Positions 7,710 to 15,214 of a DNA stretch of 19,531 nucleotides are shown here, piece after piece. The stretch spans positions 1-19,531 of the forward strand of contig JASLXV010000026.1 in the NCBI GenBank assembly GCA_030740155.1. Reading direction: 5' to 3'. The position numbers and the translations under genes are program-made. The stretch's first letter is position 1. Each line of letters begins with the position of its first letter. Below the pieces are notes generated by a model, which saw only the letters and a list, made by a program, of their open reading frames with translations, ran no database searches and was not told the origin of the DNA. The DNA is from Dehalococcoidia bacterium. Its GTDB lineage: Bacteria; Chloroflexota; Dehalococcoidia; Lucifugimonadales; UBA3495.

Positions 7710-8603
7710 TCAAGCGAAGCTCCCGGCAACTACGACCAGGATGCCCAGAACGGTCAAGGTTACGCCCACGACGAGCCGCCGGGTGATACTCTCCAACTGG
7801 GCGATGAAAATGTGGGCCAGCAGCAGGGTCAGCAGAGGGTTGACCGCCACCACGGGAGCCACCACCACCACGTCGCCCTCTCGCACGGCGAAGTAGAGGA
7901 GGTTGACCGCGGCGCCGGAGGCCAATCCGGACAGGCCCGCGTAAACGACAAACCCCGGGCTGGATCTGCTGGCCCGGAGGTCGTGAACCGCCTGGCGCCC
8001 GGCAATCGGGGATAGCAACGCCAGGCCGAATATCAGGCCGAAGCCGGACACCATCAACGGAGAGCCGTAGGCCTGGGTAAGCTCCTTCGCCGCGACGGTG
8101 GCGCCGCCGTAAGAGGCGGCAGCGGCCAGGGCCAGAAGGTAACCCACCAGCGACCGCCGGTCGCCGCCCCAGCCCCGTCTAAGCGAATCTCCGGTGGCGA
8201 TGACCAGGCCGATAACCACCGCGGCGGTCCCCAGCAGGACCAGGAAATGGGGCCGCTCTCCGGTGATGGAGATGGCGAAGATGGCGGAGAAAACGGCAGT
8301 GGTGCCCAGGATGGCGCTGGAGCGGGAAGCGCCGACCCGCCCGATGGCCTGGTAGTTCAAGGCACGCCCGCCCAGGAAGTTCACTGCTCCCAGGCCCAGG
8401 AACCAGAGGAGCGCAATCAGGGGCAATGCCTTGATGTCCGATGAGGCGAAGACTAGGGCCAGGATGACGGCGGGGACCGCGCTTACCGTCAGGGATATCA
8501 GCGTGCTGGGGAGGGGCTTGATGCCCTCCATTCCGGCCCGGGCAAACACGGCGGCGCTGGCAAAACCCAGGCTGGCCGCCAAGGCCAGGAAGATTGCCAG
8601 CAC
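7710..8603 (-). CDS. DMT/EamA family transporter
   Basis: 297 aa with about 10 hydrophobic segments in two repeats. GTG start with SD AAGGAG overlapping the purQ stop. Confidence 0.9.
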   Translation of the reverse strand: MLAIFLALAASLGFASAAVFARAGMEGIKPLPSTLISLTVSAVPAVILALVFASSDIKALPLIALLWFLGLGAVNFLGGRALNYQAIGRVGASRSSAILGTTAVFSAIFAISITGERPHFLVLLGTAAVVIGLVIATGDSLRRGWGGDRRSLVGYLLALAAAASYGGATVAAKELTQAYGSPLMVSGFGLIFGLALLSPIAGRQAVHDLRASRSSPGFVVYAGLSGLASGAAVNLLYFAVREGDVVVVAPVVAVNPLLTLLLAHIFIAQLESITRRLVVGVTLTVLGILVVVAGSFA

Positions 8604-8611
8604 CGGGCTCC

Positions 8612-9307
8612 TTACCCGGACCTGAAGCTATCGACAATCGACTGAAATATCAAGTTGCCGTCGGTGCTGCCCAGGATCGGCTCGCAGCTGCGCTCCGGGT
8701 GGGGCATCATGCCCAGGACGTTACCGGCTTCGTTGATTATGCCGGCGATGTTGTGGGCCGAGCCGTTGGGGTTTGCCGATTCCGAGGCATCACCTGAGGC
8801 CTCGCAGTAGCGGAACAGGACCCGGCTCTCATCTTCCAGGCGGGCCAGAGTGGCGGTATCCGCGTAGTAGTTGCCCTCGCCGTGGGAGACCGGAACGCTC
8901 AGCACCTGGCCCAGGCTGCACCGGGACGTGAAGGCAGTGTCCACGCGTTCGGCTCGCAGGTGGGTCCACTGGCACCGGTACTGAAGATGGTGGTTGCGCA
9001 GCAGGGCGCCGGGAAGCAGGCCCGCCTCGCAGAGGATCTGGAACCCGTTGCAGATGCCGATGACCAGCCCTCCCGTCTCGGCGAACCGGTGCAGCGCGTT
9101 CATGACCGGGGAAAAGCGGGCCATGGCGCCGGGCCGGAGGTAGTCACCGTAGGAGAAGCCGCCGGGAACGACCACGCAGTCGTAGCCCGCGAGATCCTCC
9201 TTCTGGTGCCAGACGTAGGCGGCTTCCTGCCGGAGCACGCCGCTGACCGCGTGGTAGCAGTCGGTGTCGCTCCAAGTGCCGGGGAATACCAGGATTCCAA
9301 ATCGCAT
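8612..9307 (-). CDS. purQ: Phosphoribosylformylglycinamidine synthase glutaminase subunit
   Basis: 231 aa. Motifs VFPGT, PGGFSYGDYLR, GICNGFQ (catalytic Cys), SHGEG, NPNGS and MMPHPER. Confidence 0.97.
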   Translation of the reverse strand: MRFGILVFPGTWSDTDCYHAVSGVLRQEAAYVWHQKEDLAGYDCVVVPGGFSYGDYLRPGAMARFSPVMNALHRFAETGGLVIGICNGFQILCEAGLLPGALLRNHHLQYRCQWTHLRAERVDTAFTSRCSLGQVLSVPVSHGEGNYYADTATLARLEDESRVLFRYCEASGDASESANPNGSAHNIAGIINEAGNVLGMMPHPERSCEPILGSTDGNLIFQSIVDSFRSG

Positions 9308-9387
9308 ACCGGAACTCTCTCTACCGGGAGACGGCCGGATGCCCCTGCGGGAATCCGGTGCTGGGATAAGCCGGGAACGATAAGCCG

Positions 9388-9840
9388 CTAGCCTCCCGCT
9401 TCAAGAGCCTCGGTGACCAGGGCGTTAACCTTGGTTCCGTCGGCCTTTCCCCGGACCTGAGGCATTAGCCGCCCCATCACCTTGCCCTTGTCCCGTATGG
9501 TGGCGGCGCCCACTTCCTCGACCACCTGCCGGACCAGCGCGGTAAGCTCTTCATCACTCAATTGGGGCGGCAGGTAGACTTTGAGAACGGCCAACTCGGC
9601 CGACTCCTTAGCCACCAGATCGGCCCGGCCGCCCTGTTCGAACATCCGGATGCTCTCCCGGCGGTCGTTGGCTTGCTTGGTGACGACCTCGGCCACGCCG
9701 GAGTCGTCCAAGCTCTCGCCCTTGGTTTTCTCCACCATCTGGATGGCGTTTTTCAAGTAGCGTAGGGCGTCCAGCCGGGCTTGGTCCCGGCTCCGCATCG
9801 CCTGGCGGATGTCGTCTTCGATTCTGTCCCGCGTCGTCAT
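9388..9840 (-). CDS. GatB/YqeY domain-containing protein
   Basis: 150 aa. Motifs AMRSRD, RRESIRMFEQGGRADL, YLPPQLS and GKVMGRLMPQVRGKADG. Confidence 0.93.
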   Translation of the reverse strand: MTTRDRIEDDIRQAMRSRDQARLDALRYLKNAIQMVEKTKGESLDDSGVAEVVTKQANDRRESIRMFEQGGRADLVAKESAELAVLKVYLPPQLSDEELTALVRQVVEEVGAATIRDKGKVMGRLMPQVRGKADGTKVNALVTEALEAGG

Positions 9841-9917
9841 CGGAGTTGAAAGCCTTGCCCAGCGGATAGAGGTGGCCGCCGCATCGGGCCGCCGGTACCT
9901 CGTTCAGCGCGAGCCCA

Positions 9918-9947
9918 ATTGTATGTTGGAGCAAGCCGGGGTGTCAA
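9918..9947 (-). promoter_or_regulatory. Putative sigma70 promoter TTGACA-N18-TACAAT for YqeY-purQ-EamA
   Basis: The + strand has ATTGTA at 9918-9923 and TGTCAA at 9942-9947. Confidence 0.7.
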
Positions 9948-9967
9948 TCGAGGGTTATTCGCAAATT

Positions 9968-9998
9968 AGCTTTCAGCTTTCAGCTCTCAGCTTTCAGC
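9968..9998. repeat. Heptamer tandem repeat (AGCTYTC) x4.4
   Basis: AGCTTTC AGCTTTC AGCTCTC AGCTTTC AGC. Confidence 0.9.
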
Positions 9999-10117
9999 CC
10001 GTCCCCATTCCCCTTTGAGGATCCGGCAAGACGATCCAGGCCTCGGTGCTACCCGGAATCCCCGGCGTGAACCCGGCCGGCGAGATGCGGATTCTCCGCG
10101 CCGGTGCGCTTCCTCCC

Positions 10118-10146
10118 TTCCAAATATAGGGGGATTTTGATATACT
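10118..10146 (+). promoter_or_regulatory. Putative purA promoter TTCCAA-N17-TATACT with extended -10 TG
   Basis: TTCCAA at 10118-10123, TGA at 10138-10140, TATACT at 10141-10146. Confidence 0.6.
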
Positions 10147-10213
10147 TCCCCTTGGTTTTTGGCCTCCGCTTCACGTGGACGGGGGACGTGGATTACGAGT
10201 AAAAGGGGATGTA

Positions 10214-11500
10214 ATGCCGGCCTACGCCGTTATTGGTGGCCAGTGGGGCGATGAAGGTAAGGGGAAGATTATCGACTACCTTGCCGGGCAGATGGACTGT
10301 GTGGTCCGTTACGCCGGGGGCAACAACGCCGGCCACACTGTAGTGAACGAAAAGGGGACCTTTCAGCTTCACTTGGTCCCGTCGGGCATCTGCTGGCCCC
10401 AGGTGTACGGCATCATCGGCAATGGGGTGGTGGTTGACCCGGACGTCCTGATGGGCGAGTTGTCGCAATTGGCTTCGCGGGGAATCGACACCAGCAAGCT
10501 CTACGTCAGCGAGCGCGCCCACCTGATAATGCCCTACCATATCCTCCTGGATAGCCTGGAAGAGAAGGCCCGGGGGGCCAGCGCCATCGGCACGACGGGC
10601 CGGGGAGTGGGGCCCTCCTATGTGGACAAAGTCGCTCGTTCCGGCATTCGGGTGGGCGACCTGCTCGACTGGGACGCCCTGGTCCCGCGCCTCGAGGAAA
10701 TGGTGGCGGCCAAAAACGCCTTGATCACCAAGATCTACGGTGAGGAGCCCTTGGCGTTGGAAGGCATCCTGGAAAAGTGCCGGAAATGGGCCGACCAAAT
10801 GCGTCCCAACGCCAGGCCCACCGAGCAGATCGTCCAGGACCTGCTGGCCGACGGCAAGCGCGTCCTATTGGAAGGGGCCCAAGGGACCCTCCTGGACCTG
10901 GACCACGGCTCGTATCCCTTCGTGACCTCCTCATCTCCCACCATCGGAGGCGCCTGTACCGGATTGGGACTCAATCCCCAGGCGATAGCCGGCGTGCTGG
11001 GCGTGTTCAAAGCCTATTGCACGCGGGTGGGCAGCGGCCCCATGCCGTCGGAGATGCAGGGTGAGGTGGCGGACGGTCTGCGCGAGAAGGCCCAAGAGTA
11101 CGGGACGACCACCGGGCGGCCCCGCCGGGTAGGCTGGTTCGACGCGATAGCGGCCAAGTACAGCCGGCTGGTCAACGGCTTCACCGGCCTGGTCTTGACC
11201 CGGTTGGACATCCTCGACGGCTTCCCGTCGGTCAAGATTTGCGTTGGCTACCGGGCAGATGGACAAGATCTGGACCGGTTCCCGGCCAACACCAACCTCC
11301 TGGCCCGTTGCGAACCCGTTTATGAAGAGATGCCCGGTTGGGACCGGCCCACCGCCAGCGCCACCAGCCTCTCTCAGCTACCGGAGAACGCCGTAGCCTA
11401 CGTGAAGCGTCTCGAGGAACTGGTGGGGTGCCGGGCCCAGATCATCTCCACCGGTCCCGCCCGGTCAGAGACGATACTGCTCGATTCAATCTTGTCCTAG
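10214..11500 (+). CDS. purA: Adenylosuccinate synthetase
   Basis: Start reassigned to the ATG at 10214 (SD AAGGGGA), 428 aa. Motifs QWGDEGKGK, GGNNAGHT, IGTTGRGVGP, EGAQG and EYGTTTGRPRR. Confidence 0.98.
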   Translation: MPAYAVIGGQWGDEGKGKIIDYLAGQMDCVVRYAGGNNAGHTVVNEKGTFQLHLVPSGICWPQVYGIIGNGVVVDPDVLMGELSQLASRGIDTSKLYVSERAHLIMPYHILLDSLEEKARGASAIGTTGRGVGPSYVDKVARSGIRVGDLLDWDALVPRLEEMVAAKNALITKIYGEEPLALEGILEKCRKWADQMRPNARPTEQIVQDLLADGKRVLLEGAQGTLLDLDHGSYPFVTSSSPTIGGACTGLGLNPQAIAGVLGVFKAYCTRVGSGPMPSEMQGEVADGLREKAQEYGTTTGRPRRVGWFDAIAAKYSRLVNGFTGLVLTRLDILDGFPSVKICVGYRADGQDLDRFPANTNLLARCEPVYEEMPGWDRPTASATSLSQLPENAVAYVKRLEELVGCRAQIISTGPARSETILLDSILS

Positions 11501-11757
11501 CCGTCCGCCGGGCGGTAGGCCCGGGGCCAAAGGGCCGCGTTTCCGGGGTTGTTCCAGCCCCTGGCCACCCATTCACTACTCGTGACTCGCCCGAATCTGG
11601 CGCTCCTTGACGGAGGGTCCCCTGCGGCCTGTTATCTGGGGTGCACGGATACCAAGATGACCTGAGTGCCGCTCCTTGGCTACCGGGTATCTCGTCCACT
11701 CCGGTTGTGGCCGCCTTCCGTGTATGATTCCCGATAACTTCCAAACGAAAATTCAAC

Positions 11758-11850
11758 GTGAACGTTGGCAAAATATCGGGCAGCGTGTTCGTCGGTCGGC
11801 AGCGGGAGATGGCCGAGTTGAAAGCCGCGCTGGAGGCTACTCTGGCCGGG
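11758..11850 (+). pseudogene. N-terminal remnant of an AAA_16/STAND-type ATPase
   Basis: MNVGKISGSVFVGRQREMAELKAALEATLAG matches the FVGRxxE helix that precedes Walker A in AAA_16 domains. The similarity stops before any P-loop, just short of the dapA stop. Confidence 0.65.
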
Positions 11851-11865
11851 TCGCGGGCGGCGGTC

Positions 11866-12762
11866 TCAGGCCGGTACGGGCAGGTCCATTTCGTACCGCT
11901 GCAGCACTTTGTCCAGCTTGGCGGCCGAATTGGCGTCCAGCGGCACCATCGGCAGCCGGGGATTGCCCACGTTGAACCCCATCTGATTCAGGGAGTACTT
12001 GAGGGGGATGGGGTTGGACACCACGAACATCGCCTTGAACAGGGGGAGGAGCCGGCGATGCTCCGCCGCGGCGCCCTCCACGTCTCCGTCCATCAGCAGG
12101 CCCATCATATGCCTGATCTGGCTGCCCACCAGGTGAGAGACGACACTGACTACGCCGTACCCGCCCACGGCCATGATGGGGAAGGTCTCGTTGTCGTTGC
12201 CGCTCCACAGCAGAAACCCCGGCTTGGCTCCATCGATGATGCGGGATATCTGGTCTAGGTCGCTCCCCGCCTCTTTGATGCCCACGATGTTGTCGATCTC
12301 GCTCAGGCGGATCGTGGTCTCGTCGGTCATGTTCAGGCTGGTGCGGCTGGTCACGTTGTAGAGCATGCAGGGCAGGTTCACGCTCGAGGAGATCGCCTTG
12401 AAGTGCTGGTACAACCCCTCTTGCGGAGGCTTGTTGTAGTAGGGCACCACCAGCAGGAGGCCGTCCACGCCCGTCTGTTCCGCCTCTTTGCTCAGCTCGA
12501 TGCTCTCGGCGGTGTTGTAGGAGCCGGTACCGGCCAGGATCGCGCCCCGGTCGCCGATGGCGGCCTTCACCTCGGAGAAGAGCCGGAGCTTCTCTTCGGT
12601 GCTGAGGGTGGGCGATTCTCCCGTGGTGCCGGACAAGATCACGCCGTCGCTGCCAGAGTCCAGCAGGGCCTTGGCCAGCCGCTTGGCCTGCTCGTAGTCT
12701 ACCCGCCCCTCTTCATCGAACGGGGTTACCATAGCGGTGATGAGCCTGCCTATCTCTTTCAT
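11866..12762 (-). CDS. dapA: 4-hydroxy-tetrahydrodipicolinate synthase
   Basis: 298 aa. Motifs TAMVTPF, GTTGES, VPYYNKP, LYNV..RT, GIKEA (Schiff-base Lys) and NPIPLK. Clustered with asd and dapB. Confidence 0.96.
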   Translation of the reverse strand: MKEIGRLITAMVTPFDEEGRVDYEQAKRLAKALLDSGSDGVILSGTTGESPTLSTEEKLRLFSEVKAAIGDRGAILAGTGSYNTAESIELSKEAEQTGVDGLLLVVPYYNKPPQEGLYQHFKAISSSVNLPCMLYNVTSRTSLNMTDETTIRLSEIDNIVGIKEAGSDLDQISRIIDGAKPGFLLWSGNDNETFPIMAVGGYGVVSVVSHLVGSQIRHMMGLLMDGDVEGAAAEHRRLLPLFKAMFVVSNPIPLKYSLNQMGFNVGNPRLPMVPLDANSAAKLDKVLQRYEMDLPVPA

Positions 12763-12826
12763 GTCGGCCCTCCTAAAGGGTCAGGTGTCAACGTCCGCCA
12801 CCTGTCTGCGGCGGCCGGTCCCCCTC

Positions 12827-13870
12827 CTAGCTCGTGACGCCGCTCTTGCGCCGGGGCCCGAGGCAGCCACGGAGCACCAGCTCCTCGGCGATCTGGATGG
12901 AATTGAGCGCCGCTCCTTTGCGGAGGTTGTCGGACACGATCCACATGGCGAGGCCGTTGGGGTGGGAAGAGTCCCGCCGGATCCGCCCCACGAAGACATC
13001 GTCGGTGCCCGCCACGTCCCAGGGCATCGGGTAGCTGCTCCGGTCGGGGTCGTCGAGCACCGTCACCCCCGGCATGGCGGCCAGGAGTTCCCTCGCCTCC
13101 TCCGGGGAGAAGGGACGCTCGAACTCGATGTGGACCGCCGCGCTGTGGGAGACGTACACCGGCACCCGCACGCAGGTGGCGGAAAGCCGGATGTCCGGAG
13201 CGTGCATGATCTTGCGGGTCTCCAGCACCATCTTCAGTTCCTCATAGGTGTAGCCGTCGTCGAGGAAACGGTCGATGTGTGGGATCACATTGAAGGCGAT
13301 CTGATGGGTTATGGCCTGGGGTTGGGCCTTCTTGCCCTCCAGCACGTCCCGGCTCTGCTCCCGCAGTTCCGCCATGGGCGCGCTGCCCGCCCCCGAAACC
13401 GATTGGTAGGTGTCGGCGACGATCCTCACTATGGGGTTCACCCGGTGGAGGGGATGGGCCACCATCGCCAGAGGGGTCGTGGAGCAGTTCGGTATGGAGA
13501 TGATGCCCCGGTGCCACTCCACGTCGGCGCCGTTGACCTCAGGCACCACTAGGGGCACGTCCTCCTGCATCCGGAAGGCCGAGCTGTCATCGATGACCAC
13601 GGCCCCGGCGGCGACGGCCACGGGGCCCAGGCGCCGGCTGAGATCGCCGTCGACCGAGATAAAGGCGATATCCACCCCGGCAAAGGAGTCCTCGGTGGTT
13701 TCCTCAACCACCAGTTCATGGCCGCCAACAGTCAGCCGTTTGCCCGCCGAACGGCTGGAGGCCAGGGCCTTGATATTGGGCATCTGGGGATGGCGTTGTT
13801 CCACGATGCGGAGGAACTCGGTACCCACCGCGCCGGTGGCGCCAACCACTGCTATGGTAAGGTCTTTCAC
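12827..13870 (-). CDS. asd: Aspartate-semialdehyde dehydrogenase
   Basis: Start reassigned to the GTG at 13870 (VKDLTIAVVGATGAVG), 347 aa. Motifs SSAFRM, PNCST, YQSVSGAG, TCVRVPV and DNLRKGAALN. Confidence 0.97.
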   Translation of the reverse strand: MKDLTIAVVGATGAVGTEFLRIVEQRHPQMPNIKALASSRSAGKRLTVGGHELVVEETTEDSFAGVDIAFISVDGDLSRRLGPVAVAAGAVVIDDSSAFRMQEDVPLVVPEVNGADVEWHRGIISIPNCSTTPLAMVAHPLHRVNPIVRIVADTYQSVSGAGSAPMAELREQSRDVLEGKKAQPQAITHQIAFNVIPHIDRFLDDGYTYEELKMVLETRKIMHAPDIRLSATCVRVPVYVSHSAAVHIEFERPFSPEEARELLAAMPGVTVLDDPDRSSYPMPWDVAGTDDVFVGRIRRDSSHPNGLAMWIVSDNLRKGAALNSIQIAEELVLRGCLGPRRKSGVTS

Positions 13871-13875
13871 GGTGT

Positions 13876-13900
13876 AAATTCTACAGGAAAATTCTACAGG
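13876..13900. repeat. 12-bp direct repeat AAATTCTACAGG x2 at the dapB-asd junction
   Basis: Copies at 13876-13887 and 13889-13900. The second copy contains the dapB stop codon. Confidence 0.85.
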
Positions 13901-14682
13901 CCCAGGATTTTTTCCAAGCCTATCACAAGACCTGGCTGCTTCACAACTTCGCGAATGCAACGCAGCACGCCGGGCATGTAACAGTCGCGGCCCAGAGCGT
14001 CGTGGCGGATGGACACGGTCTGCCCGGCGGCGCCAAAAATGACCTCGTTGTGGGCGTTGCGTCCCGGCAGGCGGATGCTGTGGACGGTGACTCCGTTGTA
14101 CTCGCCGCCCCGGGTGTTGGGCAGGTTCTCCTTTTCAGGGTAGTTGCGGGTGAACTGCTTCTGGTCGCCGAGGCTCTTGGCCAGGGCCACGGCGAAGCCC
14201 GAAGGAGCGTCGATTTTTGTTTCGTGGTGGGCTTCCACGATGTCAACGTAGTCGAAGTAAGGGGCCGCCTGCTCCGCCAGCCGCTTCAGGATCACCGCTC
14301 CCAGGGCGAAGTTGGGCGCCACGATGATGCCGATCTTCTTGTCGCCGGCCATGGTGTCCAGTTGCTTCAGGTGGTCATCGGTCAGGCCGCTGGCTCCCAG
14401 CACCAGGTTGGTTCCATGGGCGGCGCCCACCAGCACGGCCTCCATGCAGGCGGCGGCAGTGGTGAAATCCACCAGCACGTCGGGGCGCGTGTCTTCGAGC
14501 ATCCGCTCCAGGTTGGTGGAAAGAGGCACCTCGACGCCGCTGGGCAACGTTAGCTTGGGGCCTCTCTCCCGGAAACAAACGGCGCCGACCAGGGCCAGGT
14601 CCTCCTGCTGGCTCACCGCCGCGACGGTTTCCACGCCCATCTTGCCGGTTGCACCGTTGACTACGACTCTGGTGGGTGCCAT
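13894..14682 (-). CDS. dapB: 4-hydroxy-tetrahydrodipicolinate reductase
   Basis: 262 aa. Motifs GATGKMG, VLVDFT, APNFALG, EAHHETKIDAPSG and HSIRLPG. Confidence 0.95.
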   Translation of the reverse strand: MAPTRVVVNGATGKMGVETVAAVSQQEDLALVGAVCFRERGPKLTLPSGVEVPLSTNLERMLEDTRPDVLVDFTTAAACMEAVLVGAAHGTNLVLGASGLTDDHLKQLDTMAGDKKIGIIVAPNFALGAVILKRLAEQAAPYFDYVDIVEAHHETKIDAPSGFAVALAKSLGDQKQFTRNYPEKENLPNTRGGEYNGVTVHSIRLPGRNAHNEVIFGAAGQTVSIRHDALGRDCYMPGVLRCIREVVKQPGLVIGLEKILGL

Positions 14683-15021
14683 TTTCTCCCCCTAGCGGTG
14701 CCTGTGGCCTGGCAACGGAATAGATATTATTACGGATTGTCCGGTAGGAAAGCAAGGGCGGGCTACCCGAGACCGCCTTATGGGGACGCCTTGATCAACG
14801 GTGCCGGGTCGTGCGGTTCGCCATTCCGGATGGTGCGACGGGACTGGCTCTTCGCGTCGCCGGCGTGGCGAGCGGGCGGGAAAAGCAACTGGGTCCGATG
14901 ATGCTTCGCGTACCGAGACTCAGGACGATGGAGGCCGGGACGGAACACGAAACCCGGACCGTGGCCTGACCGTATGGCCACCCTCAGGCGATGCTCGTCG
15001 AACCAACCCTCTAGGTTGAGT

Positions 15022-15171
15022 GTTTCGTAATTGGCCGATACCCGGTTCGTCATCCCGGCGAAGGCCGGGATCCAGCTCACGCTTCTCCGGATTCCGGACC
15101 CGACGCATTCGGGGACGATCGCGGGGAGGGAATGTGGCGCAATTGCGCCGGTGCAGAGCCATTGACGAGCC
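15022..15171 (-). mobile_element. MITE-like repeat, copy C (150 bp)
   Basis: The reverse complement aligns to 256-404. Imperfect terminal inverted repeats at 15022-15036 / 15157-15171. Contains the REP-like core GTCATCCCGGCGAAGGCCGGGATCCAG. Confidence 0.7.
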
Positions 15172-15214
15172 AGCACACCGGGTCAACGCGCCGCCACCCG
15201 AATCGAGCCGCCGG

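Noticed and set aside
11851..12258. Continuation of the 11758 ORF as a 166-aa gene
   Set aside because: After codon 31 it is simply the antisense frame of dapA.
12737..13552. 271-aa plus-strand ORF
   Set aside because: Antisense shadow of asd.
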